Source: a virus (taxonomy: Duplodnaviria > Caudoviricetes). From it: 28,393 nt of DNA. The stretch is from the IMG/VR virus record IMGVR_UViG_3300022925_000136, positions 1 to 28,393 of that record. One strand, written 5' to 3'. Of the stretch, positions 25,432 to 28,393 are shown in pieces. Below the pieces are notes generated by a model. That model was given only the letters and a program-made list of their open reading frames with translations, made no database searches and was not told the DNA's origin. Every line of letters starts with the position of its first letter. The first letter of the stretch is position 1. A program made the position numbers and the translations under genes.

Positions 25432-25979
25432 TGTTAGATATTAATGCATTTCAATCTTCACTTAAAGCTGGCTTAGCAAGAAATAATTTATTTCGAGTTC
25501 AATTACCTACATTTACAGATTTACCAGATATAACATCAAGTCAGCTAAATTTTATGTGTAGAAACATTAATCTTCCTGGTAGATCAATAAGTGTAAATGA
25601 AAGAGTTATAGGCATTCCAAAAGCTGAAAAAGTTGCAAATGGATTTTTAATTGACGATATATCAATTACATTTATGCTCACAAATACATATGATGCTAAA
25701 AGATATTTTGATTATTGGACTGGTTTATCTGTGGATTTTGATACATACGAATTAGAATACAAATATGGTTCAACACCCGGATCTGGATATACTAGACAAG
25801 TTACAATATATCAGTTAAATAATGCTAATGAAGAGGTTTACGAGTGCACTTTAATAGATGCTTTTCCTACACTTGTAAACGCAATAGAATTTAGTAATGA
25901 GCAAGGTGGTACTAGTGAATTAAATATACAACTCTCTTATAATAACTGGAAAGGTGTTTATAAAAACCCTAATAATTAA
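25431..25979 (+). CDS. Tail-tube-fold baseplate protein (gp54 / gp19-like)
   Basis: GLARNNLFRV, CRNINLPG, YFDYW and LIDAFP...LNIQLSYNNW motifs; position between gp2 and gp26. Confidence 0.8.
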   Translation: MLDINAFQSSLKAGLARNNLFRVQLPTFTDLPDITSSQLNFMCRNINLPGRSISVNERVIGIPKAEKVANGFLIDDISITFMLTNTYDAKRYFDYWTGLSVDFDTYELEYKYGSTPGSGYTRQVTIYQLNNANEEVYECTLIDAFPTLVNAIEFSNEQGGTSELNIQLSYNNWKGVYKNPNN

Positions 25980-25998
25980 ATGAAATGAGGATGAAAAT

Positions 25999-26706
25999 AT
26001 GGCGCTGCCAAAGTTAAATGATAAACCAAAGTATGAATTAATTATACCTTCGTCTAAACAAAATGTAAAATTTAGACCTTATTTGGTAAAAGAAGAAAAA
26101 GTATTGATGATGGCTCTTGAATCACAAGATAAAGCCGCTTCATTAAATGCAGTAGTTGATACTATTTCTTCATGTGTACAAGATGAATTTGATTCTAGTA
26201 AACTTACATTATTTGATATTGAATATATGTTTATTATGATTAGATCAAAGTCTGTAGGTGAAGTAAGCCAACTCGGTATAAAATGTAAGCAATGCGAAAA
26301 GACCAATGAAATTGCAGTGCGATTAGATGATATTGAAGTAAAACAAGATAGAATAGTAGAAAAAGATATTAAACTTGAAGAAAATATTACATTATCTATG
26401 AAATATCCAAATTTTAATGATGTACTTAAATTTGAAGATAATAATTTAACTGAAACAGAAAAAACTTTTATACTTATTGGTAAATGTATGGAATCAATTG
26501 AAACTGAAGAAGAAAATATTATGCTTAAAGATGTTTCCGATACTGAAGTAAATGATTTTATTGAATCTTTAAATACTGAACAATTTACTAAGGTAAAAGA
26601 ATATGTTGAAAATATGCCAAGAGTTGAAAAAGAAATAAAATTTGTTTGTGGTGGTTGTGAAACTGAAAATACAATGGTGTTAAGTGGTATAGATGATTTT
26701 TTTTAG
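25999..26706 (+). CDS. gp26: Baseplate hub assembly protein gp26
   Basis: MALPKL, KFRPYLVKEEKVLMMA, FDIEYMFIMIRSKSVGE motifs, two CxxC pairs (CKQC, CGGC) and a terminal LSGIDDFF. Confidence 0.92.
   Translation: MALPKLNDKPKYELIIPSSKQNVKFRPYLVKEEKVLMMALESQDKAASLNAVVDTISSCVQDEFDSSKLTLFDIEYMFIMIRSKSVGEVSQLGIKCKQCEKTNEIAVRLDDIEVKQDRIVEKDIKLEENITLSMKYPNFNDVLKFEDNNLTETEKTFILIGKCMESIETEEENIMLKDVSDTEVNDFIESLNTEQFTKVKEYVENMPRVEKEIKFVCGGCETENTMVLSGIDDFF
26697..26704 (+). other. Candidate -1 ribosomal frameshift (slippery) site T_TTT_TTT at the gp26/gp51 junction
   Basis: GAT TTT TTT TAG in gp26; the -1 frame reads TTT TTT TTA GTG GCT... directly into gp51. Confidence 0.6.
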
Positions 26707-26891
26707 TGGCTCTTTCTCATGATAATTTAGTAAATTATTATAAAACAAATTTTTTATTGATGCAAGAACACAAATATTCTTTGACTGAAATTGAAAGTAT
26801 GTTACCATGGGAAAGAGAAATTTATATAGGTATGCTAGTTGATTATATTGAAAAAGAAAACGAAAGAATAAAGAACCAAAATCAAGGATAG
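26706..26891 (+). CDS. gp51: Baseplate hub assembly catalyst gp51-like (possibly expressed as a frameshift extension of gp26)
   Basis: YYKTNFLLMQEHKYSLTEIESMLPWEREIYIGML motif. The GTG start overlaps the gp26 TAG and has no well-placed Shine-Dalgarno. Confidence 0.85.
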   Translation: MALSHDNLVNYYKTNFLLMQEHKYSLTEIESMLPWEREIYIGMLVDYIEKENERIKNQNQG

Positions 26892-26897
26892 GATCCT

Positions 26898-28391
26898 ATG
26901 GCTACATTAACTAAAGTGATACAGACACTGAATGAAACTAATGACGATGCAACAAAACGTCATCGTGATATTAAGATAACGCTTGAAAAAGGTATATCTG
27001 ATATATCACAATCATTAAGTTCCATACAAAGAGCAGGGATTAAATTGCCTGGTTTAGGTTTGTTGATTGGTGCACTTACAGATAATCCTCTCACAAGAGC
27101 AATTAGTAATATAACAAACACTATTATGAGAGCAGTGACTGCACCATATAGATTAGTAGCAAGACTTATTTCAACAGTAAAAGACTCAGTAATGGGCATC
27201 TTTACAGGATTAGGTAAAATATTTAAAGATATAGTTACGGCACCTTTAAGTAAAGCATTTGGTCTATTAACAGGTTTATTTTCTACAAACTATGAAAAAG
27301 AAAATAATAAAATATTAGGAGAAATTTTAAAGAGTATAGATTTTTTAAATCATCAGTTTGACTCTTACTTTGATTATTTAAAAAATCAAAAGTTAGATAA
27401 TATACCACAAGCTAGTGATGGAGATGGTGTGCCTATAAGACCAGACAATAATCAAAACATACAAGAGCAAAGTCGTGGTGGCATTATGTTAGGAATAGGT
27501 GGTTTCTTAAAGGTTGCCACAGGTATTATAACTGGTGTAGGTTTAGCGCTTGTTGCAGAACTTACTGGTTTTGATAAGTATCTTAAAGCATTCTTTTTAT
27601 CTGAAAGATTTACTAAAATATTTAAAATATTTCCTGCAATTGCTGATTCAATAGGAGCTGCATTTCGTTTAGTTAGTAAAGGTGTTAATGTAGCAGTCGA
27701 TATTATAAAATCAAATACTTTCTTTGCTACTTTAGGCGATATGTTTAGAATGTTATTTAGTGGAGTAACAGAAAAGATTGCTAAAATTGGAAAGGCTATA
27801 GGATCAGTAGGGTCTTTCTTTGCAAAAATAGGATCATTACTTTCATTCGTGTTTAAACCTATAGGAGCATTATTAAGAGCAGTTCAAGTATTTGCAAGAT
27901 TTACTTTCCTTGCACCACTAATTACACTATTTGATTTTATAAAAGGCGCATTTACTGGATTTGTAGATGCCGAAGGTGGAATATTTCAGAAATTATTAGG
28001 TGCTCTTGAAGGCGGCGTTTTAGGTATTATAAAGGGAATCACAGCAGGTTTAGATGTTTTAATATTTGGTTTACCAGCATTCTTTCTTGAAAAATTAGGA
28101 TTTGATAAATTAGCAGAAAAATTTAGAGGGTTCTCTATCACAGCACTTGTAGATGATCTGTGGTCCAATATTAAAGGTCTATTTAGTAAACTTAACTTTG
28201 ACGAGATTACTACTAGACTTGCAAACTTTAAAGACGAAATGTTAATAAAGCTTTCAAAAATAAGTTTTTCATTACCAGATATTACAATTCCAATACCTAA
28301 ATTTTTAGGTGGTGGAGACTTTAGACTTTTAAAAGGCTTCACGGTTGGTGTTTCTGAAGCTGGCGCCAGAGAAGCGCAAAGAAGAATTGAT
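26898..28391 (+). CDS. Tape measure protein (gp29-like), 3'-truncated by the window edge
   Basis: Not in the ORF track because there is no stop. ATG at 26898 follows AGGA; MATLTKVIQTLNETNDDATKRH... It has amphipathic/hydrophobic helical periodicity (F..L..MF..LFSG, IGSVGSFFAKIGSLLSFVFKPIG) and follows gp26/gp51. Confidence 0.75.
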   Translation, partial: MATLTKVIQTLNETNDDATKRHRDIKITLEKGISDISQSLSSIQRAGIKLPGLGLLIGALTDNPLTRAISNITNTIMRAVTAPYRLVARLISTVKDSVMGIFTGLGKIFKDIVTAPLSKAFGLLTGLFSTNYEKENNKILGEILKSIDFLNHQFDSYFDYLKNQKLDNIPQASDGDGVPIRPDNNQNIQEQSRGGIMLGIGGFLKVATGIITGVGLALVAELTGFDKYLKAFFLSERFTKIFKIFPAIADSIGAAFRLVSKGVNVAVDIIKSNTFFATLGDMFRMLFSGVTEKIAKIGKAIGSVGSFFAKIGSLLSFVFKPIGALLRAVQVFARFTFLAPLITLFDFIKGAFTGFVDAEGGIFQKLLGALEGGVLGIIKGITAGLDVLIFGLPAFFLEKLGFDKLAEKFRGFSITALVDDLWSNIKGLFSKLNFDEITTRLANFKDEMLIKLSKISFSLPDITIPIPKFLGGGDFRLLKGFTVGVSEAGAREAQRRID

Positions 28392-28393
28392 CA

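Noticed and set aside
14347-26891. Bacterial contractile injection system (T6SS/eCIS/tailocin) instead of a phage
   Set aside because: gp2 and gp4 (head/DNA functions) and T4 late promoters indicate a true T4-like phage.
251-28342. Short ORFs in the track that lie antisense to or out of frame within long genes (e.g. 251..433, 1430..1621, 2490..2747, 3771..4031, 4102..4377, 8200..8385, 9287..9484, 10102..10290, 10449..10646, 11069..11257, 18475..18660, 18717..18920, 19619..19816, 21275..21478, 22259..22477, 26079..26306, 26960..27199, 27986..28342)
   Set aside because: They overlap well-supported structural genes, show no recognisable motifs, and their composition mirrors the real gene's codons.
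1-28393. Alternative genetic code
   Set aside because: TAA, TAG and TGA all end conserved genes at the expected C-termini, and coding density is near complete under the standard code.

Overview
An AT-rich 28.4-kb fragment of a T4-like (myovirus) phage genome, made up almost entirely of the tail and baseplate module. The gene order resembles marine cyanophage/pelagiphage-type T4-likes (inference). The minus strand (24265 to 1) carries, in order: gp48, gp53, a gp27-like hub, a gp5 split into three genes (OB-fold+tail lysozyme; helical domain+amidase; beta-helix+C-terminal domain), gp25, gp6, gp7, gp8, a 1.8-kaa DUF4815/VrlC-like protein, a small conserved protein, and a cluster of fibre and adhesin genes with two different self-cleaving chaperones. 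The plus strand (24329 to the end) carries gp4, gp2, a gp54/tube-like protein, gp26, gp51 and a truncated tape measure gene. Several TATAAATA late promoters are visible. The strongest leads are: (1) a perfect T_TTT_TTT -1 slippery site joining gp26 and gp51 just upstream of the tape measure gene, mirroring lambda gpG/gpGT; (2) the tripartite gp5 with two peptidoglycan hydrolases and an apparently dead M15-like peptidase; (3) Asp-Ser dipeptide enrichment concentrated in peripheral baseplate and fibre proteins, a possible virion-modification sequon. All family assignments come from motif recognition and synteny; no database searches were run.
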